Shown: positions 45,414 through 53,832 of the stretch, piece after piece | Layout: each line of letters begins with the position of its first letter | Numbering within the stretch: position 1 is the stretch's first letter | Assembly: GCA_963793305.1 (NCBI GenBank) | Contig: CAWBZV010000005.1 | Coordinates: 320,001-384,000, forward strand | Source of the DNA: an uncultured Gemmatimonadales bacterium | Lineage (GTDB): Bacteria > Gemmatimonadota > Gemmatimonadetes > Gemmatimonadales > Gemmatimonadaceae | DNA length: 64,000 nt | Direction: 5' to 3' | Made by a program: the position numbers and the translations under genes | Notes under the pieces: generated by a model | The model's input: the letters and a program-made list of their open reading frames with translations, nothing else | What the model was told of the DNA's origin: nothing | The model's database searches: none

Positions 45414-46745
45414 ATGTTCGATGAGCTGAGCGAGAAACTCGAGGCCACTTTTGCCAAGCTCCGGGGCAAGGGCGTCCTCACCGAAGCCGATATCAAAGAT
45501 GGGATGCGCGAGGTCCGGCGCGTCCTGCTAGAGGCCGACGTCAACTTCGCGCTTACTCGGGAGTTTCTGGAGCGGGTCGAGAAGAAGGCCACTGGGGTCA
45601 CGGCCCTCAAAACGGTCTCCCCGGCCCAGCAACTCGTCAAGATAGTCCATGATGAACTGACGACTATGCTGGGAGAACGGCGCGAGGGCCTCCGGCTTTC
45701 GTCCGTTCCGCCGACCATCGTCCTCATGGTCGGCCTGCAAGGCTCTGGCAAAACTACGACCGCGGCCAAGCTCGCGCGCAAGCTCAAGGCGGAGGGCCGC
45801 GCCACCCGTCTGGTCGCCGCCGACGTATATCGTCCCGCCGCAATTGATCAACTCGAAACTCTCGGCCAGCAGATCGACGTTCCGGTCCACGCTGATCGGA
45901 CCACGCGCGACGTCGTGAAGATCGCCAAGCATGGCATCGAGGAGGCCAAGAAGGCGCGCGATAAGGTCGTCATCGTCGATACCGCTGGCCGCCTGCAGAT
46001 CGACGCCGACATGATGGATGAGCTGAAAAGGCTGAAGGACGCCGTCCGCCCCGACGAAATTCTGCTCGTCGCCGACGGGATGACCGGTCAGGACGCGGTT
46101 CGCATCGCCCAGGGATTCGACGGTGCGCTCGGCGTCACCGGTATCGTGCTCACCAAGATGGACGGCGATGCCCGCGGTGGCGCCGCGCTCTCCATCTACG
46201 GCGTCGTCAAGAAGCCGATCAAGTACATCGGCGTCGGCGAGAAAGCCGATGCGCTTGAGGACTTTTATCCCGAGCGAATGGCCAGTCGCATCCTCCAGAT
46301 GGGGGACGTGCTGACGCTGGTGGAGAAGGCGCAAGGAGCGTTTGATGAGGCCGAGGCGAAGAAGCTGGAGAGGAAGGTCCGGAAAGAAGGCATGGATCTC
46401 CAGGACTTCCTGACCGCCATGCGCCAGATCCAAAAGCTCGGACCTTTGGAGGGCATCCTCAAGATGCTGCCAGGGGTCAACACCAAGATGCTGCGCCAGG
46501 CGAACGTCGACCCGAAGCGCATGAAGCACCTCGAGGCCATCGTCCTTTCCATGACCGCCGAGGAGCGGCGCAATCCCACGATCTTGAACGGCTCTCGCCG
46601 GGCTCGCGTCGCAAAGGGTGCAGGGCGGCCTATCACCGAGGTCAACCGGCTCCTGGAGCAGTTCCGGGATATGCAGAAAATGATGAAAAAAGTCGGGCAA
46701 ATGGGTGGCGGCCGCATCCCGCCCGGCCTGTTCGGCACGCGCTAG
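45414..46745 (+). CDS. ffh: Signal recognition particle protein
   Basis: GLQGSGKTT, DTAGRL, TKMDGDARGG, M-domain SMTAEER/SRRARVAKG. Confidence 0.98.
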   Translation: MFDELSEKLEATFAKLRGKGVLTEADIKDGMREVRRVLLEADVNFALTREFLERVEKKATGVTALKTVSPAQQLVKIVHDELTTMLGERREGLRLSSVPPTIVLMVGLQGSGKTTTAAKLARKLKAEGRATRLVAADVYRPAAIDQLETLGQQIDVPVHADRTTRDVVKIAKHGIEEAKKARDKVVIVDTAGRLQIDADMMDELKRLKDAVRPDEILLVADGMTGQDAVRIAQGFDGALGVTGIVLTKMDGDARGGAALSIYGVVKKPIKYIGVGEKADALEDFYPERMASRILQMGDVLTLVEKAQGAFDEAEAKKLERKVRKEGMDLQDFLTAMRQIQKLGPLEGILKMLPGVNTKMLRQANVDPKRMKHLEAIVLSMTAEERRNPTILNGSRRARVAKGAGRPITEVNRLLEQFRDMQKMMKKVGQMGGGRIPPGLFGTR

Positions 46746-46935
46746 GAAGGGCTGCCGAGCTGGCGCCCGGCGCCCGATTATTTGAGCTCCGGGCCTCCGG
46801 CCCGGAGATGTCCCCAGGTGCCACGGTGTCGCTCCGCTCCTTAAGTTTGTAGGTCTGTACGACCGGGTGCGCCACGGATCCGCCGTGGTCGCGAGGAGCC
46901 CGGGGTTCCATAGTTGAGAAACAGGGAGCATTAGC

Positions 46936-47238
46936 ATGGTTCGCATTCGTCTCCGCCGAATCGGGCGGAAAAACGCCCCGGTCTACCGTATCGTGATCGC
47001 CGACAGCCAAAGCCCACGCGATGGCCGTTTCATCGAGATCATCGGCCAATACGCCCCACGCCAGGAAAATTCGCTGCAGGTGGATGCCGCCCGCGCGAAT
47101 CACTGGCTGGACGTCGGCGCCCAGCCGAGCGACACCGTGCGTTCGTTGCTCCGCCGCGCCGGCGTGCTCAAGGCGCGTCACGAAGTCCGACTCGGAAAAA
47201 CGCGGCAGGCCTCGGCCGTGCCGTTGTCCGAGGGGTAA
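46936..47238 (+). CDS. rpsP: 30S ribosomal protein S16
   Basis: [34 protein letters not shown]. Confidence 0.98.
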   Translation: MVRIRLRRIGRKNAPVYRIVIADSQSPRDGRFIEIIGQYAPRQENSLQVDAARANHWLDVGAQPSDTVRSLLRRAGVLKARHEVRLGKTRQASAVPLSEG

Positions 47239-47747
47239 TGCCGCCCCAGCCCGAGCATGTGGTCGTCGGGCGAGTCCGCAAAGCACACGGAGTCCGAGGC
47301 GAGGTCGTCGTCGAAGCGCTGACCGACGACCCCGCCACTGTGTTCGCCACCGGCCGCCGCCTGCTGACTGAATCCCACGGCGACCTGCACATCCGCCGTT
47401 CGACGCCATTCAAGGGCGGGTGGATTCTCCGCCTCACCGAGATCACGTCGCGCACTGAGGCGGAGCTCTGGCGCGACCGGTATGTGCTCGCGCCAACGTC
47501 CGAGCTCAAGCCGCTGGCCGAGAACGAGATCTACTATCACGATCTCGTCGGCCTCCACGTGCAGCTCGTGGGCGGCGAACCCGTCGGTCGCGTCGAGGCG
47601 CTATTCGAGGTCCCGCAGGGTCTCATGCTCGACGTGCGCACCGAGCGCGGCACCGTGATGGTGCCCTATCGCCCGGAGGTCGTCACGTCCGTGGATATCG
47701 CGCAGGGGACCATCGTGATCGACCCGCCAGCGGGACTCCTCGACTGA
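47238..47747 (+). CDS. rimM: Ribosome maturation factor RimM
   Basis: VGRVRKAHGVRGEV, YYHDLVG, MVPY; conserved synteny. Confidence 0.95.
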   Translation: MPPQPEHVVVGRVRKAHGVRGEVVVEALTDDPATVFATGRRLLTESHGDLHIRRSTPFKGGWILRLTEITSRTEAELWRDRYVLAPTSELKPLAENEIYYHDLVGLHVQLVGGEPVGRVEALFEVPQGLMLDVRTERGTVMVPYRPEVVTSVDIAQGTIVIDPPAGLLD

Positions 47748-48421
47748 TGCTCACGATCACCGTCGTGACGATCTTCCCGGAGTTCTTCACGACCCCGCTC
47801 GCCTTGAGCATCCCGTCGCGCGCCGCCGCCGCGGGCGCCGTCGCGTATCGCGTCATCGATTTGCGTGACTACACGCACGATCGCCACCGCAGTGTCGACG
47901 ATTACGCCTACGGTGGCGGTGCGGGGATGGTGATGCGCCCCGAGCCGTTCTTCGAAGCAGTGGATGCGCTCCAGTCCCAACCGCCCATCGTGCTGCTGTC
48001 AGCGCGTGGCGCACCATTCACGCAGTCGGACGCAGCCCGCTACGCGAGCGGCTCCGAGCTGACGCTGCTGTGCGGTCACTACAAGGACGTTGACCAACGC
48101 GTCGCCGACCACCTCGCGACCGAGGAACGCTCGCTCGGCGATTTCGTGTTGAGCGGCGGCGAGCCGGCCGCGCTCGTCGTGATCGACGCCATCGTACGCC
48201 TGCTCCCGGGCGCGATGTCCGACCCGGAGAGCGCCCGCACGGACTCCCATTACAACGGTCCAATGATCAGTGCCCCGAGTTACACCCGCCCGCCCGAGTA
48301 TCGCGGCTATAAGGTGCCCGACGTGCTGCTTTCGGGAGACCACCGACGAATCGCCGAGTGGCGCGCCGCCCAGAGCGCTCGTCTGACGGGCACGCGCTCT
48401 GGCGTAAACGATCGTGAATAG
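47747..48421 (+). CDS. trmD: tRNA (guanine37-N1)-methyltransferase
   Basis: TIFPE, VDDYAYGGGAGMVM, SLGDFVLSGGE, YTRP, LLSGDH. Confidence 0.97.
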   Translation: MLTITVVTIFPEFFTTPLALSIPSRAAAAGAVAYRVIDLRDYTHDRHRSVDDYAYGGGAGMVMRPEPFFEAVDALQSQPPIVLLSARGAPFTQSDAARYASGSELTLLCGHYKDVDQRVADHLATEERSLGDFVLSGGEPAALVVIDAIVRLLPGAMSDPESARTDSHYNGPMISAPSYTRPPEYRGYKVPDVLLSGDHRRIAEWRAAQSARLTGTRSGVNDRE

Positions 48422-48437
48422 CTAAGTTAGAGGTCTT

Positions 48438-48815
48438 ATGCACGAATTCAGCGAAACTCAAAAGGAATGGCTGCGGCAAGATCTCCCGGCATTTCGCGCC
48501 GGCGATACTTTGCGCGTCAACGTCCGCGTACGTGAAGGCGATAAGGAGCGGTTGCAAGCGTTCGAGGGTGTCTGCATTGCGCGCCGTGGCAATGGTATCA
48601 GCGCCACGTTCACCGTGCGCAAGATCTCGAACGGAGTCGGCGTCGAGCGCATCTTCCCGCTGCACAGCCCCATGATCGCGGAGATCACGGTAGTTCGCCG
48701 CGGTCGCGTCCGCCGCGCGAAGCTGTACTATCTGCGCCATCTCACCGGTAAGGCCACGCGCATCCGCGAGAAGAAGGTCAAGGTCGCGGTGCCAACGACG
48801 ACGACCGCGGAGTAA
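48438..48815 (+). CDS. rplS: 50S ribosomal protein L19
   Basis: [33 protein letters not shown]. Confidence 0.98.
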   Translation: MHEFSETQKEWLRQDLPAFRAGDTLRVNVRVREGDKERLQAFEGVCIARRGNGISATFTVRKISNGVGVERIFPLHSPMIAEITVVRRGRVRRAKLYYLRHLTGKATRIREKKVKVAVPTTTTAE

Positions 48816-48824
48816 TCCGACAGC

Positions 48825-49499
48825 ATGGGGCGGCGCTGGAGCCCCATTGAGCGCGAACTGCGGCAGGAGTACGGGCCGTTGCTCGCGGGAGTCGACGAGG
48901 TTGGACGGGGCCCTCTCGCGGGTCCCGTTGTCGCTTGTGCCGCCGTGATGCCCGCTGACAAGGCCGCCATTCGCGGGGTCAACGACTCGAAGCAGCTCAC
49001 GCGCGCCGATCGCGAGCGCTTCGCGGGCCGCATTCGCGACCAAGCCGTCGGTCTCGCCCTTGGCGCCGCGTCCGTCCGCGAGATCGAGCGTGTGAACATC
49101 TACCACGCGACGGTGCTCGCGATGCGCCGCGCGCTGACGCGGCTCGCTGCTACCGGCGTCACGCCGAACTACGTCGTCGTCGACGGCAAACCAGTGCGTT
49201 CACTCGGCATCCCTCACCGCGCCGTCGTCCACGGAGACGCGCGCTGTTACAGCGTTGCCTGCGCATCGATCATCGCCAAGGTGACGCGCGATGCCCTCAT
49301 GCGCCGCCTCGCCGCGCGTCATCCCTGCTACGGCTGGGACCGAAACGTCGGATACGGCACGCGGTTTCACTGGACCAGCCTCAAGGAGCACGGGCTCTCC
49401 CTGCATCATCGGCGGGCGTTCTGCGAGGATGATCAGCTGGAGCTGGAGCTCACGCTCGAGGTGATCACCGACGACGTCGCCGAGGCACTCGTCGAATGA
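48825..49499 (+). CDS. rnhB: Ribonuclease HII
   Basis: AGVDEVGRGPLAGPV, DSKQL, VDG, ASIIAKVTRD, GYGT. Confidence 0.96.
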   Translation: MGRRWSPIERELRQEYGPLLAGVDEVGRGPLAGPVVACAAVMPADKAAIRGVNDSKQLTRADRERFAGRIRDQAVGLALGAASVREIERVNIYHATVLAMRRALTRLAATGVTPNYVVVDGKPVRSLGIPHRAVVHGDARCYSVACASIIAKVTRDALMRRLAARHPCYGWDRNVGYGTRFHWTSLKEHGLSLHHRRAFCEDDQLELELTLEVITDDVAEALVE

Positions 49500-49576
49500 G
49501 CGAGACGGAGTCGAGCTCTGGTGAACAGACCAGTCGAGCAGCGCTTGCGCTGCATCGACGCGCGGCGGAGCCGCGC
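49496..49576 (+). repeat. Three-hairpin in-frame repeat, copy B
   Basis: 73/81 nt identical to 35384-35464 by manual alignment. Confidence 0.9.
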
Positions 49577-50377
49577 TCGATATTTCGCGATGATGTATTG
49601 AAAGGCCAAGTCGCGCTGATCACCGGTGGCGCGACGGGTATTGGCTTTGGGATCGCCGAGATACTGGTCGACCTCGGCGCCCGCGTCGTACTGGCGAGCC
49701 GCAAACCGGAGCGTCTCACCTCCGCGGTCGACCGCCTCGGCCCAAACGCGAGCGCCGAACAGCTCGACGTTCGCGATGCGGAGGCGGTGAAGGCCGTCGT
49801 GAGCCGCGTAGCGGCCACGCACGGCCGAATCGATCTCCTGGTCAACAACGCCGCTGGCAATTTCTACGCACCATCAGAGTCCTTGAGCCCGAACGCCTGG
49901 CGCTCCGTCGTCGAGATCGATCTCTTCGGCACGTTTTTCTGCTCGCAGGCCGTCGCGCCAATCATGCGCGCCGCCGGCGGCGGTCGCATCGTAAATATCT
50001 CGATGACGCTGCACTACCGCGGCTGGCCGCAAATGGCGCATGCCACTGCTGCCAAGGCAGGAGTGGACGCGCTGACGCGGACGCTGGCCGTGGAATGGGC
50101 GCCCGCGAAGATACGGGTGAATGCGATAGCGCCCGGGCCCATCCCGACCGAGGGCGTGCGCAAAGCGTTCACGCAGCCCGCTGGCGGGCCGGCCGTCGAG
50201 ACCGTGATGGATGAGCACGCCCGCCGCAATATCCCCCTCGGCCGCTGGGGCACACCGGCCGATATCGGCAACATGGTCGCGTACTTGGCGTCACCGGCCG
50301 GCGATTGGATCACCGGCTCGATTCTTGTTGTCGATGGTGGCGAGTGGCTATCCAAGCCAGAAGCCAAGCCCATCTAA
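49496..50377 (+). CDS. SDR oxidoreductase (2,4-dienoyl-CoA reductase-like) with repeat-derived N-terminus
   Basis: ITGGATGIG, LVNNAAGNF, AAKAGV, NAIAPGPI, VDGG. Confidence 0.92.
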   Translation: MSETESSSGEQTSRAALALHRRAAEPRSIFRDDVLKGQVALITGGATGIGFGIAEILVDLGARVVLASRKPERLTSAVDRLGPNASAEQLDVRDAEAVKAVVSRVAATHGRIDLLVNNAAGNFYAPSESLSPNAWRSVVEIDLFGTFFCSQAVAPIMRAAGGGRIVNISMTLHYRGWPQMAHATAAKAGVDALTRTLAVEWAPAKIRVNAIAPGPIPTEGVRKAFTQPAGGPAVETVMDEHARRNIPLGRWGTPADIGNMVAYLASPAGDWITGSILVVDGGEWLSKPEAKPI

Positions 50378-50471
50378 CTGTGATGTGGGTCACAAAGTTA
50401 CGCGGGTTGACACGCCGGTACATTTCTCGCATCAAAAATCAGAAAGAACTCACTCTGGGGGGAGTGCGCAT

Positions 50472-51119
50472 ATGGGAATGTCGTCCAAGAAGGTTGCTGC
50501 GATCGCGTTAGTCGTGCCCGTTCTCGGTGCGTGCGTGCATCCGGGACAGTACAAAAAGGATCTCGCCGAAACGCGGTCCGAGATCGCGCAGGAGAAGAGC
50601 GAGCGCATGTCAGCCGACAGCGCGCTCAAGGGTGATATCGCGTCCGTCCAGGGCGACGTGACGAGTCTCCGTGGTGATCTGGCGAACCTGCGCCAGGAGT
50701 ACGGCGCGAAGATCAGCGCCCTCGAATCCGGCATGCAGTTCGACATGCCCGTGAACTTCGCGTTCGATGACGCAACCGTTCGCGATCAGGACAAGGCCGC
50801 GCTCGACCGGTTCGCCGCGGTTGTGCAGAAGTACTACGGTGGCTCGAAGGTCACGATCGAAGGGTTCGCTGATCCGGCCGGCTCGCAGCATTACAACCTG
50901 GCGCTCTCGCAGCGTCGTGCCGATGCCGTTCGCGACTATCTATCGTCCAAGGGCATCGATCTCTCGATCATCAAGACGGTCGGCTACGGCAAGACCCGTT
51001 TGGTGAACCCGGGCGCCCAGCGTGACGATACGGGTGCTGAGGAGAACCGCCGCGTCACGTTCGTCATTGAGACGAAGGGGCAGGCGACGGACACCAAGAC
51101 GACCGCCAGCATCAACTAA
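50472..51119 (+). CDS. OmpA/Pal-domain lipoprotein
   Basis: Lipobox LGAC; coiled coil; IEGFAD, YNLALSQRRADAV, GYG, ENRRV. Confidence 0.92.
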   Translation: MGMSSKKVAAIALVVPVLGACVHPGQYKKDLAETRSEIAQEKSERMSADSALKGDIASVQGDVTSLRGDLANLRQEYGAKISALESGMQFDMPVNFAFDDATVRDQDKAALDRFAAVVQKYYGGSKVTIEGFADPAGSQHYNLALSQRRADAVRDYLSSKGIDLSIIKTVGYGKTRLVNPGAQRDDTGAEENRRVTFVIETKGQATDTKTTASIN

Positions 51120-52327
51120 GGCTGGCGATCACTTCCTGCGCGGCGCGCCGCCCACTGGCGAGCGCGCCGTGCACGGTGCCTGACCGACCAGTACTGTCGG
51201 TCGCTTCACCCGCAAAGAACAACGTCTTTTCTCGAGGCCGCGCGAATCGTTGCGCGGCCTCGAGTCCATCGAGCTCGCCGTAGCTGTACGCGCCCCGCGC
51301 GAACGGATCGGTCGCCCAATCGTGCGACCAATGCCCGATCACGAGTCCCTCGATCTCGGCTCGCGGTCTCCCGAGATGCCGCGCAAGACTCTCCAGCGCG
51401 CGGTCGGCCACATCGCACCCCACGAGTGCATCAGCCGGAGGCCCGCCAGTCCACCCGGTCAAGAGCGGCACCCACAACGGATGCGCGCTCCACCACACGG
51501 GAAACACGGCGGTCTTCCCAAACAGAAACGACATCGCCGGCTCCCAGAATATCTCCTTGAACCGAAACACCACGCGCACCGCGTGCCCACTCGCCAGGCC
51601 CGTTATCGGCTGGAGCCCAGGCTCGAACACAACGCCGCCCGCGAGCAGCACGCCGAGTGGCACGGTGCACACGACCGCGCGACCAGTGATCTCTCTATCT
51701 GCCGCGCGCACGGCGACATGGTCCTTCCGCCATGTGATGCGCTCGACGATCGTCGATAACTGAATGGAGTCACGCGGCAGCCGGCTCGCGAGATACCGGG
51801 GTACGGCATCGTAACCGTTCACGAACCGAAACTGGCGATCCGAGTGATCCGCGGCCGATGCGGCTTCACTCGCGGCCAGCCATCGTTCGCCGACACGCGT
51901 GGGCTCCGCGGCGTCATACCCCTGCACATACCCGGTCGCCGCCGCGCGCTCGTCGGCCGTCAGGTTGAGCGAGTCTAAGAACGCCGCGAACGTCCGGTCA
52001 GGCGTCCGATTCGCATCGAGAGAGTGCAGCACCTTGCCGAGGCTCTCGAAGAACGAGCCGTCGCGATCGGAGAACGTCCACTTGCTCGCCGACCATCTCC
52101 GCGAGCAGGAGTCCGGCAGCCGACGCGATCTCCAACGTCGGCTGCACCATCCCATGGACGAACTCGGCGCCGAGCTCGATCGGCGCCTCGAATCCCGGCT
52201 CGTGATGCGTGTGCACGCGCCCACCGATCCGGTCGCGCGCTTCCAGCACCAGCGTTTCGACGCCGGCGTCGGCGAGCATCGCGGCAGCCGCGAGCCCGGC
52301 CACGCCGGCGCCGATCACAATGACCAT
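51112..52327 (-). CDS. Flavin monoamine oxidase family protein (+1 frameshift near 52083)
   Basis: IGAGVAGLAAA, EARDRIGGR, ELGAEFVHG, WATDPFARGAYS, FAGEAT, GTVHGA. Confidence 0.9.
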
Positions 52328-52336
52328 GCTCGAAAG

Positions 52337-53812
52337 TTACTTCCGCCGCTGCGCGCTCCCCACCAGACGTTCGAAGCTGCGGGCCACGTAGGGGTTTGCC
52401 CCCAGGAACCCGAGCGCGACCGCTCCCGGCTCCCGCCCGTACACCATTGGCGCGCCCGCCAAGTAGAAGCTCGTGGGGGCCACGCGCGTCAGGAACGCTT
52501 CGGTGCCCGGTCCGGTCGCGAAGAAGTTCGAGATGAGACCGAGTGCATCACCCGCAACCGCCGTCGGCTCGTCTTCTGCTTCTTCCTCCTCCGCGTCGGG
52601 AGCGAGTGACATCTCGTCTACGACCACGCTCACGGCGACTTCGTGCTCGATCGGTTCGTGGTGCTCGTGATGTTCATGATGTTCATGATGTTCATGATGC
52701 TGATGCTCGTCGTGCCAACCGTGCTCCTCGGGCGCACTCGCCCACACCTCGGGCTCAGGCTCGGGCGCGGGTGCCGGTGGCGGTGGCTCGATGACCGGCT
52801 CGGCCGCAACCGGAGTCTCAGCATGCGCAACCTCAACGTCGACAGAACCGCCACAGAGCGCCGCGGCAAACCCATCCTCGTCGTTGCCGCCCAGCAGGAT
52901 GCCGATCGACAATCCCGCCTCGGGCGCGCCGGGAATGACCGCCCCGACGATCTCGTTGGCAACGTCCTGGTCCGCCTTGCCACCGACCGCTCCAGCACTC
53001 CCGCTGGCCGCGAGGCCGACGATGGCGCCGGCGTTGACGAGCGCGTCGCGGCACGTCACGCGCGCGTCGTTCTCCGTCTCATCGTCGCCGGCGCCAGACC
53101 GCCAGCCCGCGCCCAGCGCCGCGATGCCGGAACCGAGCTCGGCGCCGCGCGACAGGATGCCACCGTTGCCGTTCTTAATGGCGAGCCCCGCCATCTGATG
53201 CTGCGACAAGATGGTGAACGTGGTGGTAGCGACGTTGTAGAAGAGCGTGAACCCGAGGTCTCCGCCGGTGACCCGCGGCGGCCCGTACGCGGTCCACGCG
53301 CCGAGTCCGACTTTATAGAGCGCCGTATGCCCGTGAAACGCCGCCGAGTGCATCAGGGTGAGATACAGCGACTCCACGCCGTCGATCGTGCGGCTGAACG
53401 CGATGTGCGACAGCATCGTCCGAAAGAGCGCGGCGTGCAGATCGGGGTGCGACGCCACGATCTGTCCGAGCGCCGCCGCGAGCGCGCTCCGATACTCGGC
53501 GACCGTGCCGGCGCTGTGCAGGCGCTGCAGCCGCGCCCACCCGATCGGCGCGGGATAGAACCACATGATGCGCCGCGAGAACTGCACGACGCCACTCGGC
53601 GTGTTGAACTCGTACGACGGCCGCACCGACTCGCGCGATGCCGCCGCGGTCGTTGCGTCGCGCGCCGCTCGCACGGCCGTCAACACTTCGCGTTTCGCAG
53701 GGGCGGGTAAAGTATCTTCTCGGACCAGCCGCTCGACTTCGGCCAACAAGCTCGACACCCGCTCCTGCGCGTGTTGCATGACGGCGTTCTCCGTTATTGG
53801 GGACGCCGACAA
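52337..53812 (-). CDS. Hypothetical protein with Gly/Ala-rich hydrophobic segment and His/Glu-rich tract
   Basis: Long ORF between same-strand genes; no recognisable family; start uncertain (53812 or 53779). Confidence 0.7.
   Translation of the reverse strand: MSASPITENAVMQHAQERVSSLLAEVERLVREDTLPAPAKREVLTAVRAARDATTAAASRESVRPSYEFNTPSGVVQFSRRIMWFYPAPIGWARLQRLHSAGTVAEYRSALAAALGQIVASHPDLHAALFRTMLSHIAFSRTIDGVESLYLTLMHSAAFHGHTALYKVGLGAWTAYGPPRVTGGDLGFTLFYNVATTTFTILSQHQMAGLAIKNGNGGILSRGAELGSGIAALGAGWRSGAGDDETENDARVTCRDALVNAGAIVGLAASGSAGAVGGKADQDVANEIVGAVIPGAPEAGLSIGILLGGNDEDGFAAALCGGSVDVEVAHAETPVAAEPVIEPPPPAPAPEPEPEVWASAPEEHGWHDEHQHHEHHEHHEHHEHHEPIEHEVAVSVVVDEMSLAPDAEEEEAEDEPTAVAGDALGLISNFFATGPGTEAFLTRVAPTSFYLAGAPMVYGREPGAVALGFLGANPYVARSFERLVGSAQRRK
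52655..52712. repeat. 9-nt tandem repeat encoding (HEH)n
   Basis: TGATGTTCA repeated 3-4 times; peptide HDEHQHHEHHEHHEHHEHHEP. Confidence 0.85.
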
Positions 53813-53832
53813 GAGTAACGATCAGGGATCGG

